From contig NC_134036.1 in the NCBI RefSeq assembly GCF_964204645.1, positions 7,564,093 through 7,628,092 on the forward strand: a stretch of 64,000 bases of DNA, given 5' to 3'. Of this stretch, positions 12,001-27,500 are shown piece by piece (the first letter of the stretch is position 1; each line of letters begins with the position of its first letter). A program made the position numbers and the translations under genes. The notes beneath the pieces were generated by a model. It made no database searches. It had not been told where the DNA came from and saw only the letters and a list, made by a program, of their open reading frames with translations. This DNA is from Tubulanus polymorphus (Eukaryota > Animalia > Nemertea).

Positions 12001-15000
12001 CACTTAATCGTTTTTCGAACAACCACCGCCGGCACACTGACGAACGGATGGACGACCGACCTACTGCCTCCCTCCCTCCCTCCCTCACTGCACTTAGTCG
12101 TTTTTCGAACCAACACTGACGGCAGACTAACTAACGGGCGGACGATTGTCCGACTGCCTCCCTCTCTCCCTCCCTCACTGCGCCGGGTCGTAATGCTGAT
12201 CAAGGCCCGGTCAGCACTTAGTCGTTTTTCGAACAACCAGCACTGCCGGCACACTGACTAACGGGCGGACGACCGACCTACTGCCTCCCTCCCTCCCTGA
12301 CCAGCGCCGGGATGTAACGCTGATCAAGGCCCGGTCAGCCCTTAGTCGTTTTTCGAACAACCATCACTGCCGGCACACTGACAAACGGACGGACGACCGA
12401 CCTACTGCCTCCCTCCCTCCCTCAATGCTCCGGGTCGTAACGCTGATCAAGGCCCGGTCAGCACTTAGTCGTTTTTCGAACAACCACCGCCGGCACACTG
12501 ACGAACGGACGGACGACCGACCTACTGCCTCCCTCCCTCCCTCACTGCACCGGGTCGTAACGCTGATCAAGGCCCGGTCAGCACTTAGTCGTTTTTCAAA
12601 CCAGCACTGACGGCAGACTAACTAACGGGCGGACGATTGTCCTACTGCCTCCCTCTCTCCCTCCCTGACCGGTGCCGGGTCGTAACGCTGATCAAGGCCC
12701 GGTCAGCACTTAGTCATCTTTCGAACGACTACCACCGGCACACTGACGAACGGACTGACGACCGACCTACTGCCTCCCTCCCTCCCCCCTCACTGCACCG
12801 GGTCGTAACGCTGATCAAGGCCCGGTCAGCATTTAGTCGTTTTTTGAACCAGCACTGACGGCAGACTAACTAACGGGCGGACGATTGTCCGACTGCCTCC
12901 CTCTCTCCCTCCCTCACTGCGCCGGGTCGTAATGCTGATCAAGGCCCGGTCAGCACTTAGTCGTTTTTCGAACAACCAGCACTGCCGGCACACTGACTAA
13001 CGGGCGGACGACCGACCTACTGCCTCCCTCCCTCCCTCACTGCACCGGGTCGTAACGCTGATCAAGGCCCGGTCAGCACTTAGTCGTTTTTCGAACAACC
13101 ACCGCCGGCACACTGACGAACGGATGGACGACCGACCTACTGCCTCCCTCCCTCCCTCACTGCACCGGGTCGTAACGCTGATCAAGGCCCGGTCAGCACT
13201 TAGTCGTTTTTCAAACCAGCACTGACGGCAGACTAACTAACGGGCGGACGATTGTCCTACTGCCTCCCTCTCTCCCTCCCTGACCGGTGCCGGGTCGTAA
13301 CGCTGATCAAGGCCCGGTCAGCACTTAGTCATCTTTCGAACGACTACCACCGGCACACTGACGAACGGACTGACGACCGACCTACTGCCTCCCTCCCTCC
13401 CCCCTCACTGCACCGGGTCGTAACGCTGATCAAGGCCCGGTCAGCACTTAGTCGTTTTTTGAACCAGCACTGACGGCAGACTAACTAACGGGCGGACGAT
13501 TGTCCGACTGCCTCCCTCTCTCCCTCCCTCACTGCGCCGGGTCGTAATGCTGATCAAGGCCCGGTCAGCACTTAGTCGTTTTTCGAACCATCACTGCCGG
13601 CACACTGACAAACGGACGGACGACCGACCTACTGCCTCCCTCCCTCCCTCACTGCACCGGGTCTTAACGCTGATCATGGCCCGGTCAGCACTTAATCGTT
13701 TTTCGAACAACTTCCGCCGGCACACTGACGAACGGATGGACGACCGACCTACTGCCTCCCTCCCTCCCTCCCTCACTGCACCGGGTCGTAACGCTGATCA
13801 AGGCCCGGTCAGCACCTAGTCGTTTTTCGAACTACCACCGCCGGCACACTGACGAACGGACGGACGACCGACCTACTGCCTCCCTCCCTCCCTTCCTGAC
13901 CGGTGCCGGGTCGTAACGCTGTTCATGGCCCGGTCAGCACTTAGTCGTTTTTCGAACAACAACCGCCGACACACTGACTAACGGGCGGACGACTGTCCTA
14001 GTGCCTCCCTCCCTCCCTCACTGCACCGGGTCGTAACGCTGATCAAGACCCGGTCAGCACTTAGTCGTTTTTCGAACAACCACCGCCGGCACACTGACGA
14101 ACGGACGGACGACCGACCTACTGCCTCCCTCCCTCCCTCACTGCACCGGGTCGTAACGCTGATCTAGGCCCGGTCAGCACTTAGTCGTTTTTCGAACAAC
14201 CACCGCCGGCACACTGACGAACGGATGGACGACCGACCTACTGCCTCCCTCCCTCCCTCACTGCACCGGGTCGTAACGCTGATCAAGGCCCGGTCAGCAC
14301 TTAGTCGTTTTTCAAACCAGCACTGACGGCAGACTAACTAACGGGCGGACGATTGTCCTACTGCCTCCCTCTCTCCCTCCCTGACCGGTGCCGGGTCGTA
14401 ACGCTGATCAAGGCCCGGTCAGCACTTAGTCATCTTTCGAACGACTACCACCGGCACACTGACGAACGGACTGACGACCGACCTACTGCCTCCCTCCCTC
14501 CCCCCTCACTGCACCGGGTCGTAACGCTGATCAAGGCCCGGTCAGCACTTAGTCGTTTTTCGAACCAGCACTGACGGCAGACTAACTAACGGGCGGACGA
14601 TTGTCCGACTGCCTCCCTCTCTCCCTCCCTCACTGCGCGGGTCGTAATGCTGATCAAGGCCCGGTCAGCACTTAGTCGTTTTTCGAACAACCAGCACTGC
14701 CGGCACACTGACTAACGGGCGGACGACCGACCTACTGCCTCCCTCCCTCCCTCCCTCACTGCACCGGGTCGTAACGCTGATCAAGACCCGGTCAGCACTT
14801 AGTCGTTTTTCGAACAACCACCGCCGGCACACTGACGAACGGACGGACGACCGACCTACTGCCTCCCTCCATCCCTCACTGCACCGGGTCGTAACGCTGA
14901 TCAAGGCCCGGTCAGCACTTAGTCGTTTTTCGAACAACCACCGCCGGCACACTGACGAACGGACGGACGACCGACCTACTGCCTCCCTCCCTCCCTCACT

Positions 15001-15471
15001 GCACCGGGTCGTAACGCTGATCAAGGCCCGGTCAGCACTTAGTCGTTTTTCGAACTACCACCGCCGGCACATTGACGAACGGATGGACGACCGACCTACT
15101 GCCTCCCTCCCTCCCTCCCTGACCAGCGCCGGGACGTAACGCTGATCAAGGCCCGGTCAGCCCTTAGTCGTTTTTCGAACAACCATCACTGCCGGCACAC
15201 TGACAAACGGACGGACGACCGACCTACTGCCTCCCTCCCTCCCTCAATGCTCCGGGTCGTAACGCTGATCAAGGCCCGGTCAGCACTTAGTCGTTTTTCG
15301 AACAACCACCGCCGGCACACTGGCGAACGGACGGACGACCGACCTACTGCCTCCCTCCCTCCCTCACTGCTCCGGGTCGTAACGCTGATCAAGGCCCGGT
15401 CAGCACTTAGTCGTTTTTCGAACAACCACCGCCGGCACACTGACGAACGGATGGACGACCGACCTACTGCC

Positions 15472-18400
15472 TCCCTCCCTCCCTCCCTCCCTCACTGCAC
15501 CGGGTCGTAACGCTGATCAAGACCCGGTCAGCACTTAGTCGTTTTTCGAACAACCACCGCCGGCACACTGACGAACGGACGGACGACCGACCTACTGCCT
15601 CCCTCCATCCCTCACTGCACCGGGTCGTAACGCTGATCAAGGCCCGGTCAGCACTTAGTCGTTTTTCGAACTACCACCGCCGGCACACTGGCGAATGGAC
15701 GGACGACCGACCTACTGCCACCCTCCCTCCCTTCCTGACCGGTGCCGGGTCGTAACGCTGTTCATGGCCCGGTCAGCACTTAGTCGTTTTTCGAACAACC
15801 AGCACTGCCGGCACACTGACTAACGGGCGGACGACCGACCTACTGCCTCCCTCCCTCCCTCACTGCACCGGGTCGTAACGCTGATCAAGGCCCGGTCAGC
15901 ACTTAGTCGTTTTTCAAACATTCACTGCCGGCACACTGACAAACGGACGGACGACCGACCTACTGCCTCCCTCCCTCCCTCACTGCATCGGGTCGTAACG
16001 CTGATCATGGCCCGGTCAGCACTTAATCGTTTTTCGAACAACCACCGCCGGCACACTGACGAACGGATGGACGACCGACCTACTGCCTCCCTCCCTCCCT
16101 CCCTCACTGCACCGGGTCGTAACGCTGATCAAGGCCCGGTCAGCACTTAGTCGTTTTTCGAACCAACACTGACGGCAGACTAACTAACGGGCGGACGATT
16201 GTCCGACTGCCTCCCTCTCTCCCTCCCTCACTGCGCCGGGTCGTAATGCTGATCAAGGCCCGGTCAGCACTTAGTCGTTTTTCGAACAACCAGCACTGCC
16301 GGCACACTGACTAACGGGCGGACGACCGACCTACTGCCTCCCTCCCTCCCTCACTGCACCGGGTCGTAACGCTGATCAAGGCCCGGTCAGCACTTAGTCG
16401 TTTTTCGAACAACCACCGCCGGCACACTGACGAACGGACGGACGACCGACCTACTGCCTCCCTCCCTCCCTCCCTGACCGGTGCCGGGTCGTAACGCTGA
16501 TCAAGGCCCGGTCAGCACTTAGTCGTTTTTCGAACCAACACTGACGGCAGACTAACTAACGGGCGGACGATTTTCCGACTGCCTCCCTCTCTCCCTCCCT
16601 CACTGCGCCGGGTCGTAATGCTGATCAAGGCCCGGTCAGCACTTAGTCGTTTTTCGAACCATCACTGCCGGCACACTGACAAACGGACGGACGACCGACC
16701 TACTGCCTCCCTCCCTCCCTCACTGCACCGGGTCGTAACGCTGATCATGGCCCGGTCAGCACTTAATCGTTTTTCGAACAACCAGCACTGCCGGCACACT
16801 GACTAACGGGCGGACGACCGACCTACTGCCTCCCTCCCTCCCTCAATGCACCGGGTCGTAACGCTGATCAAGGCCCGGTCAGCACTTAGTCGTTTTTCGA
16901 ACCATCACTGCCGGCACACTGACAAACGGACGGACGACCGACCTACTGCCTCCCTCCCTCCCTCACTGCACCGGGTCGTAACGCTGATCATGGCCCGGTC
17001 AGCACTTAATCGTTTTTCGAACAACCAGCACTGCCGGCACACTGACTAACGGGCGGACGACCGACCTACTGCCTCCCTCCCTCCCTCACTGCACCGGGTC
17101 GTAACGCTGATCAAGGCCCGGTCAGCACTTAGTCGTTTTTCGAACCATCACTGCCGGCACACTGACAAACGGACGGACGACCGACCTACTGCCTCCCTCC
17201 CTCCCTCACTGCACCGGGTCGTAACGCTGATCATGGCCCGGTCAGCACTTAATCGTTTTTCGAACAACCACCGCCGGCACACTGACGAACGGATGGACGA
17301 CCGACCTACTGCCTCCCTCCCTCCCTCCCTCACTGCACCGGGTCGTAACGCTGATCAAGGCCCGGTCAGCACTTAGTCGTTTTTCGAACTACCACCGCCG
17401 GCACACTGACGAACGGACGGACGACCGACCTACTGCCTCCCTCCCTCCCTCCCTGACCGGTGCCGGGTCGTAACGCTGATCAAGGCCTGGTCAGCACTTA
17501 GTCGTTTTTCGAACAACCACCGCCGGCACTCTGACGAACGAACGGACGACCGACCTACTGCCACCCTCCCTCCCTTCCTGACCGGTGCCGGGTCGTAACG
17601 CTGTTCATGGCCCGGTCAGCACTTAGTCGTTTTTCGAACAACAACCGCCGACACACTGACTAACGGGCGGACGACTGTCCTAGTGCCTCCCTCCCTCCCT
17701 CCCTCACTGCACCGGGACGTAACGCTGATCAAGGCCCGGTCAGCACTTAGTCGTTTTTCGAACAACCACCGCCGGCACACTGACGAACGGATGGACGACC
17801 GACCTACTGCCTCCCTCCCTCCCTCCCTCCCTCACTGCACCGGGTCGTAACGCTGATCAAGGCCCGGTCAGCACTTAGTCGTTTTTCGAACAACCACCGC
17901 CGGCACACTGACGAACGGATGGTCGACCGACCTACTGCCTCCCTCCCTCCCTCCCTCACTGCACCGGGTCGTAACGCTGATCAAGGCCCGGTCAGCACTT
18001 AGTCGTTTTTCGAACTACCACCGCCGGCACACTGACGAACGGACGGACGACCGACCTACTGCCTCCCTCCCTCCCTCCCTGACCGGTGCCGGGTCGTAAC
18101 GCTGATCAAGGCCCGGTCAGCACTTAGTCGTTTTTCGAACCAACACTGACGGCAGACTAACTAACGGGCGGACGATTGTCCGACTGCCTCCCTCTCTCCC
18201 TCCCTCACTGCGCCGGGTCGTAATGCTGATCAAGGCCCGGTCAGCACTTAGTCGTTTTTCGAACAACCAGCACTGCCGGCACACTGACTAATGGGCGGAC
18301 GACCGACCTACTGCCTCCCTCCCTCCCTCACTGCACCGGGTCGTGACGCTGATCAAGGCCCGGTCAGCACTTAGTCGTTTTTCGAACAACCACCGCCGGC

Positions 18401-19790
18401 ACACTGACGAACGGACGGACGACCGACCTACTGCCTCCCTCCCTCCCTCCCTGACCGGTGCCGGGTCGTAACGCTGATCAAGGCCCGGTCAGCACTTAGT
18501 CGTTTTTCGAACCAACACTGACGGCAGACTAACTAACGGGCGGACGATATTCCGACTGCTCCCTCTCTCCCTCCCTCACTGCGCCGGGTCGTAATGCTGA
18601 TCAAGGCCCGGTCAGCACTTAGTCGTTTTTCGAACAACCAGCACTGCCGGCACACTGACAAACGGACGGACGACCGACCTACTGCCTCCCTCCCTCCCTC
18701 ACTGCACCGGGTCGTAACGCTGATCATGGCCCGGTCAGCACTTAATCGTTTTTCGAACAACCACCGCCGGCACACTGACGAACGGATGGACGACCGACCT
18801 ACTGCCTCCCTCCCTCCCTCCCTCCCTCACTGCACCGGGTCGTAACGCTGATCAAGGCCCGGTCAGCACTTAGTCGTTTTTCGAACCAACACTGACGGCA
18901 GACTAACTAACGGGCGGACGATTGTCCGACTGCCTCCCTCTCTCCCTCCCTCACTGCGCCGGGTCGTAATGCCGATCAAGGCCCGGTCAGCACTTAGTCG
19001 TTTTTCGAACAACCAGCACTGCCGGCACACTGACTAACGGGCGGACGACCGACCTACTGCCTCCCTCCCTCCCTCACTGCACCGGGTCGTAACGCTGATC
19101 AAGGCCCGGTCAGCACTTAGTCGTTTTTCGAACCATCACTGCCGGCACACTGACAAACGGACGGACGACCGACCTACTGCCTCCCTCCCTCCCTCACTGC
19201 ACCGGGTCGTAACGCTGATCATGGCCCGGTCAGCACTTAATCGTTTTTCGAACAACCACCGCCGGCACACTGACGAACGGATGGACGACCGACCTACTGC
19301 CTCCCTCCCTCCCTCCCTCCCTCACTGCACCGGGTCGTAACGCTGATCAAGGCCCGGTCAGCACTTAGTCGTTTTTCGAACCAACACTGACGCAGACTAA
19401 CTAACGGGCGGACGATTGTCCGACTGCCTCCCTCTCTCCCTCCCTCACTGCACCGGGTCGTAATGCTGATCAAGGCCCGGTCAGCACTTAGTCGTTTTTC
19501 GAACAACCAGCACTGCCGGCACACTGACTAACGGCGGACGAACGACCTACTGCCTCCCTCCCTCCCTCACTGCACCGGGTCGTAACGCTGATCAAGGCCC
19601 GGTCAGCACTTAGTCGTTTTTCGAACAACCACCGCCGGCACACTGACGAACGGACGGACGACCGACCTACTGCCTCCCTCCCTCCCTCCCTGACCGGTGC
19701 CGGGTCGTAACGCTGATCAAGGCCCGGTCAGCACTTAGTCGTTTTTCGAACCAACACTGACGGCAGACTAACTAACGGGCGGACGATTGT
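15472..19790 (+). repeat. Higher-order duplicate of 1-~4300 (offset 15,471 bp)
   Basis: Same variant order and shared rare variants (AACATTCAC, GATTTTCCG, CACTCTGAC, CTAATGGG, AATGCCGATC). ORF-track pairs 451/15922, 1147/16618, 1677/17148 and 3062/18533 are all offset by 15,471. Confidence 0.9.
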
Positions 19791-21534
19791 CCGTCTGCTC
19801 CCTCTCTCCCTCCCTCACTGCGCCGGGTCGTAATGCTGATCAAGGCCCGGTCAGCACTTAGTCGTTTTTCGAACAACCAGCACTGCCGGCACACTGACTA
19901 ACGGGCGGACGACCGACCTACTGCCTCCCTCCCTCCCTCACTGCACCGGGTCGTAACGCTGATCAAGGCCCGGTCAGCACTTAGTCGTTTTTCGAACCAT
20001 CACTGCCGGCACACTGACAAACGGACGGACGACCGACCTACTGCCTCCCTCCCTCCCTCACTGCACCGGGTCGTAACGCTGATCATGGCCCGGTCAGCAC
20101 TTAATCGTTTTTCGAACAACCACCGCCGGCACACTGACAAACGGATGGACGACCGACCTACTGCCTCCCTCCCTCCCTCCCTCACTGCACCGGGTCGTAA
20201 CGCTGATCAAGGCCCGGTCAGCACTTAGTCGTTTTTCGAACTACCACCGCCGGCACACTGACGAACGGACGGACGACCGACCTACTGCCTCCCTCCCTCC
20301 CTCCCTGACCGGTGCCGGGTCGTAACGCTGATCAAGGCCCGGTCAGCACTTAGTCGTTTTTCGAACAACCAGCACTGCCGGCACACTGACTAACGGGCGG
20401 ACGACCGACCTACTGCCTCCCTCCCTCCCTCACTGCACCGGGTCGTAACGCTGATCAAGGCCCGGTCAGCACTTAGTCGTTTTTCGAACAACCACCGCCG
20501 GCACACTGACGAACGGACGGACGACCGACCTACTGCCTCCCTCCCTCCCTCACTGCACCGGGTCGTAACGCTGATCATGGCCCGGTCAGCACTTAATCGT
20601 TTTTCGAACAACCACCGCCGGCACACTGACGAACGGATGGACGACCGACCTACTGCCTCCCTCCCTCCCTCCCTCACTGCACCGGGTCGTAACGCTGATC
20701 AAGGCCCGGTCAGCACTTAGTCGTTTTTCGAACCAACACTGACGGCAGACTAACTAACGGGCGGACGATTGTCCGACTGCCTCCCTCTCTCCCTCCCTCA
20801 CTGCGTCGGGTCGTAATGCTGATCAAGGCCCGGTCAGCACTTAGTCGTTTTTCGAACAACCAGCACTGCCGGCACACTGACTAACGGGCGGACGACCGAC
20901 CTACTGCCTGCCTCCCTCCCTCCCTCACTGCACCGGGTCGTAACGCTGATCAAGGCCCGGTCAGCACTTAGTCGTTTTTCGAACCATCACTGCCGGCACA
21001 CTGACAAACGGACGGACGACCGACCTACTGCCTCCCTCCCTCCCTCACTGCACCGGGTCGTAACGCTGATCATGGCCCGGTCAGCACTTAATCGTTTTTC
21101 GAACAACCACCGCCGGCACACTGACGAACGGATGGACGACCGACCTACTGCCTCCCTCCCTCCCTCCCTGACCGGTGCCGGGTCGTAACGCTGATCAAGG
21201 CCCGGTCAGCACTTAGTCGTTTTTCGAACCAACACTGACGGCAGACTAACTAACGGGCGGACGATTGTCCGACTGCCTCCCTCTCTCCCTCCCTCACTGC
21301 GCCGGGTCGTAATGCTGATCAAGGCCCGGTCAGCACTTAGTCGTTTTTCGAACAACCAGCACTGCCGGCACACTGACTAACGGGCGGACGACCGACCTAC
21401 TGCCTCCCTCCCTCCCTCCCTCCCTCCCTCACTGCACCGGGTCGTAACGCTGATCAAGGCCCGGTCAGCACTTAGTCGTTTTTCGAACAACCACCGCCGG
21501 CACACTGACGAACGGATGGACGACCGACCTACTG

Positions 21535-21586
21535 CCTCCCTCCCTCCCTCCCTCCCTCCCTCCCTCCCTCCCTCCCTCCCTCCCTC
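21535..21586. repeat. Expanded (CCTC)13 tract
   Basis: A 52-bp pure tract. Confidence 0.9.
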
Positions 21587-24500
21587 ACTGCACCGGGTCG
21601 TAACGCTGATCAAGGCCCGGTCAGCACTTAGTCGTTTTTCGAACAACCACCGCCGGCACACTGACGAACGGACGGACGACCGACCTACTGCCTCCCTCCC
21701 TCCCTCCCTGACCGGTGCCGGGTCGTAACGCTGATCAAGGCCCGGTCAGCACTTAGTCGTTTTTCGAACCAACACTGACGGCAGACTAACTAACGGGCGG
21801 ACGATTGTCCGACTGCCTCCCTCTCTCCCTCCCTCACTGCGCCGGGTCGTAATGCTGATCAAGGCCCGGTCAGCACTTAGTCGTTTTTCGAACAACCACC
21901 GCCCGGCACACTGACGAACGGATGGACGACCGACCTACTGCCTCCCTCCCTCCCTCCCTCCCTCACTGCACCGGGTCGTAACGCTGATCAAGGCCCGGTC
22001 AGCACTTAGTCGTTTTTCGAACAACCACCGCCGGCACACTGACGAACGGATGGTCGACCGACCTACTGCCTCCCTCCCTCCCTCCCTCACTGCACCGGGT
22101 CGTAACGCTGATCAAGGCCCGGTCAGCACTTAGTCGTTTTTCGAACTACCACCGCCGGCACACTGACGAACGGACGGACGACCGACCTACTGCCTCCCTC
22201 CCTCCCTCCCTTACCGGTGCCGGGTCGTAACGCTGATCAAGGCCCGGTCAGCACTTAGTCGTTTTTCGAACCAACACTGACGGCAGACTAACTAACGGGC
22301 GGACGATTGTCCGACTGCCTCCCTCTCTCCCTCCCTCACTGCGCCGGGTCGTAATGCTGATCAAGGCCCGGTCAGCACTTAGTCGTTTTTCGAACAACCA
22401 CCGCCGGCACACTGACGAACGGACGGACGACCGACCTACTGCCTCCCTCCCTCCCTCCCTGACCGGTGCCGGGTCGTAACGCTGATCAAGGCCCGGTCAG
22501 CACTTAGTCGTTTTTCGAACCAACACTGACGGCAGACTAACTAACGGGCGGGCGATATTCCGACTGCCTCCCTCTCTCCCTCCCTCACTGCGCCGGGTCG
22601 TAATGCTGATCAAGGCCCGGTCAGCACTTAGTCGTTTTTCGAACAACCAGCACTGCCGGCACACTGACAAACGGACGGACGACCGACCTACTGCCTCCCT
22701 CCCTCCTCACTGCACCGGGTCGTAACGCTGATCATGGCCCGGTCAGCACTTAATCGTTTTTCGAACAACCACCGCCGGCACACTGACGAACGGATGGACG
22801 ACCGACCTACTGCCTCCCTCCCTCCCTCCCTCCCTCACTGCACCGGGTCGTAACGCTGATCAAGGCCCGGTCAGCACTTAGTCGTTTTTCGAACAACCAG
22901 CACTGCCGGCACACTGACTAACGGGCGGACGACCGACCTACTGCCTCCCTCCCTCCCTCACTGCACCGGGTCGTAACGCTGATCAAGGCCCGGTCAGCAC
23001 TTAGTCGTTTTTCGAACCATCTCTGCCGGCACACTGACAAAACGGACGGACGACCGACCTACTGCCTCCCTCCCTCCCTCACTGCACCGGGTCGTAACGC
23101 TGATCATGGCCCGGTCAGCACTTAATCGTTTTTCGAACAACCACCGCCGGCACACTGACGAACGGATGGACGACCGACCTACTGCCTCCCTCCCTCCCTC
23201 CCTCACTGCACCGGGTCGTAACGCTGGATCAAGGCCCGGTCAGCACTTAGTCGTTTTTCGAACCAACACTGACGGCAGACTAACTAACGGGCGGACGATT
23301 GTCCGACTGCCTCCCTCTCTCCCTCCCTCACTGCGCCGGGTCGTAATGCTGATCAAGGCCCGGTCAGCACTTAGTCGTTTTTCGAACAACCAGCACTGCC
23401 GGCACACTGACTAACGGGCGGACGACCGACCTACTGCCTCCCTCCCTCCCTCACTGCACCGGGTCGTAACGCTGATCAAGGCCCGGTCAGCACTTAGTCG
23501 TTTTTCGAACAACCACCGCCGGCACACTGACGAACGGACGGACGACTGACCTACTGCCTCCCTCCCTCCCTCCCTGACCGGTGCCGGGTCGTAACGCTGA
23601 TCAAGGCCCGGTCAGCACTTAGTCGTTTTTCGAACCAACACTGACGGCAGACTAACTAACGGGCGGACGATTGTCCGACTGCCTCCCTCTCTCCCTCCCT
23701 CACTGCGCCGGGTCGTAATGCTGATCAAGGCCCCGGTCAGCACTTAGTCGTTTTTCGAACAACCAGCACTGCCGGCACACTGACTAACGGGCGGACGACC
23801 GACCTACTGCCTCCCTCCCTCCCTCACTGCACCGGGTCGTAACGCTGATCAAGGCCCGGTCAGCACTTAGTCGTTTTTCGAACCATCACTGCCGGCACAC
23901 TGACAAACGGACGGACGACCGACCTACTGCCTCCCTCCCTCCCTCACTGCACCGGGTCGTAACGCTGATCATGGCCCGGTCAACACTTAATCGTTTTTCG
24001 AACAACCACCGCCGGCACACTGACGAACGGATGGACGACCGGACCTACTGCCTCCCTCCCTCCCTCCCTCCATCACTGCACCGGGTCGTAACGCTGATCA
24101 AGGCCCGGTCAGCACTTAGTCGTTTTTCGAACTACCACCGCCGGCACACTGACGAACGGACGGACGACCGACCTACTGCCTCCCTCCCTCCCTCCCTGAC
24201 CGGTGCCGGGTCGTAACGCTGATCAAGGCCTGGTCAGCACTTAGTCGTTTTTCGAACAACCACCGCCGGCACACTGACGAACGAACGGACGACCGACCTA
24301 CTGCCACCCTCCCTCCCTTCCTGACCGGTGCCGGGTCGTAACGCTGATCAAGGCCCGGTCAGCACTTAGTCGTTTTTCGAACTACCACCGCCGGCACACT
24401 GACGAACGGACGGACGACCGACCTACTGCCTCCCTCCCTCCCTCCCTGACCGGTGCCGGGTCGTAACGCTGATCAAGGCCTGGTCAGCACTTAGTCGTTT

Positions 24501-27500
24501 TTCGAACAACCACCGCCGGCACACTGACGAACGAACGGACGACCGACCTACTGCCACCCTCCCTCCCTTCCTGACCGGTGCCGGGTCGTAACGCTGTTCA
24601 TGGCCCGGTCAGCACTTAGTCGTTTTTCGAACAACAACCGCCGACACACTGACTAACGGGCGGACGACTGTCCTAGTGCCTCCCTCCCTCCCTCCCTCAC
24701 TGCACCGGGACGTAACGCTGATCAAGGCCCGGTCAGCACTTAGTCGTTTTTCGAACAACCACCGCCGGCACACTGACGAACGGATGGACGACCGACCTAC
24801 TGCCTCCCTCCCTCCCTCCCTCACTGCACCGGGTCGTAACGCTGATCAAGGCCCGGTCAGCACTTAGTCGTTTTTCGAACTACCACCGCCGGCACACTGA
24901 CGAACGGACGGACGACCGACCTACTGCCTCCCTCCCTCCCTCCCTGACCGGTGCCTGGTCGTAACGCTGATCAAGGCCCGGTCAGCACTTAGTCGTTTTT
25001 CGAACCAACACTGACGGCAGACTAACTAACGGGCGGACGATTGTCCGACTGCCTCCCTCTCTCCCTCCCTCACTGCGCCGGGTCGTAATGCTGATCAAGG
25101 CCCGGTCAGCACTTAGTCGTTTTTCGAACAACCAGCACTGCCGGCACACTGACTAACGGCGGACGACCGACCTACTGCCTCCCTCCCTCCCTCACTGCAC
25201 CGGGTCGTAACGCTGATCAAGGCCCGGTCAGCACTTAGTCGTTTTTCGAACAACCACCGCCGGCACACTGACGAACGGACGGACGACCGACCTACTGCCT
25301 CCCTCCCTCCCTCCCTGACCGGTGCCGGGTCGTAATGCTGATCAAGGCCCGGTCAGCACTTTGTCGTTTTTCGAACCAACACTGACGGCAGACTAACTAA
25401 CGGGCGGACGATATTCCGACTGCCTCCCTCTCTCCCTCCCTCACTGCGCCGGGTCGTAATGCTGATCAAGGCCCGGTCAGCACTTAGTCGTTTTTCGAAC
25501 AACCAGCACTGCCGGCACACTGACAAACGGACGGACGACCGACCTACTGCCTCCCTCCCTCCCTCACTGCACCGGGTCGTAACGCTGATCATGGCCCGGT
25601 CAGCACTTAATCGTTTTTCGAACAACCACCGCCGGCACACTGACGAACGGATGGACGACCGACCTACTGCCTCCCTCCCTCCCTCCCTCACTGCACCGGG
25701 TCGTAACGCTGATCAAGGCCCGGTCAGCACTTAGTCGTTTTTCGAACCAACACTGACGGCAGACTAACTAACGGGCGGACGATTGTCCGACTGCCTCCCT
25801 CTCTCCCTCCCTCACTGCGCCGGGTCGTAATGCTGATCAAGGCCCGGTCAGCACTTAGTCGTTTTTCGAACAACCAGCACTGCCGGCACACTGACTAAAG
25901 GGCGGACGACCGACCTACTGCCTCCCTCCCTCCCTCACTGCACCGGGTCGTAACGCTGATCAAGGCCCGGTCAGCACTTAGTCGTTTTTCGAACCATCAC
26001 TGCCGGCACACTGACAAACGGACGGACGACCGACCTACTGCCTCCCTCCCTCCCTCCCTCACTGCACCGGGTCGTAACGCTGATCATGGCCCGGTCAGCA
26101 CTTAATCGTTTTTCGAACAACCACCGCCGGCACACTGACGAACGGATGGACGACCGACCTACTGCCTCCCTCCCTCCCTCCCTCACTGCACCGGGTCGTA
26201 ACGCTGATCAAGGCCCGGTCAGCACTTAGTCGTTTTTCGAACAACCAGCACTGCCGGCACACTGACTAACGGGCGGTCGACCGACCTACTGCCTCCCTCC
26301 CTCCCTCACTGCACCGGGTCGTAACGCTGATCAAGGCCCGGTCAGCACTTAGTCGTTTTTCGAACCAACACTGACGGCAGACTAACTAACGGGCGGACGA
26401 TTGTCCGACTGCCTCCCTCTCTCCCTCCCTCACTGCACCGGGTCGTAATGCTGATCAAGGCCCGGTCAGCACTTAGTCGTTTTTCGAACAACCAGCACTG
26501 CCGGCACACTGACTAACGGGCGGACGAACGACCTACTGCCTCCCTCCCTCCCTCACTGCACCGGGTCGTAACGCTGATCAAGGCCCGGTCAGCACTTAGT
26601 CGTTTTTCGAACAACCACCGCCGGCACACTGACGAACGGACGGACGACCGACCTACTGCCTCCCTCCCTCCCTCCCTGACCGGTGCCGGGTCGTAACGCT
26701 GATCAAGGCCCGGTCAGCACTTAGTCGTTTTTCGAACCAACACTGACGGCAGACTAACTAACGGGCGGACGATTGTCCGTCTGCCTCCCTCTCTCCCTCC
26801 CTCACTGCGCCGGGTCGTAATGCTGATCAAGGCCCGGTCAGCACTTAGTCGTTTTTCGAACAACCAGCACTGCCGGCACACTGACTAACGGGCGGACGAC
26901 CGACCTACTGCCTCCCTCCCTCCCTCACTGCACCGGGTCGTAACGCTGATCAAGGCCCGGTCAGCACTTAGTCGTTTTTCGAACCATCACTGCCGGCACA
27001 CTGACAAACGGACGGACGACCGACCTACTGCCTCCCTCCCTCCCTCACTGCACCGGGTCGTAACGCTGATCATGGCCCGGTCAGCACTTAATCGTTTTTC
27101 GAACAACCACCGCCGGCACACTGACAAACGGATGGACGACCGACCTACTGCCTCCCTCCCTCCCTCCCTCACTGCACCGGGTCGTAACGCTGATCAAGGC
27201 CCGGTCAGCACTTAGTCGTTTTTCGAACTACCACCGCCGGCACACTGACGAACGGACGGACGACCGACCTACTGCCTCCCTCCCTCCCTCCCTGACCGGT
27301 GCCGGGTCGTAACGCTGATCAAGGCCCGGTCAGCACTTAGTCGTTTTTCGAACAACCACCGCCGGCACACTGACGAACGAACGGACGACCGACCTACTGC
27401 CACCCTCCCTCCCTTCCTGACCGGTGCCGGGTCGTAACGCTGTTCATGGCCTGGTCAGCACTTAGTCGTTTTTCGAACAACAACCGCCGACACACTGACT

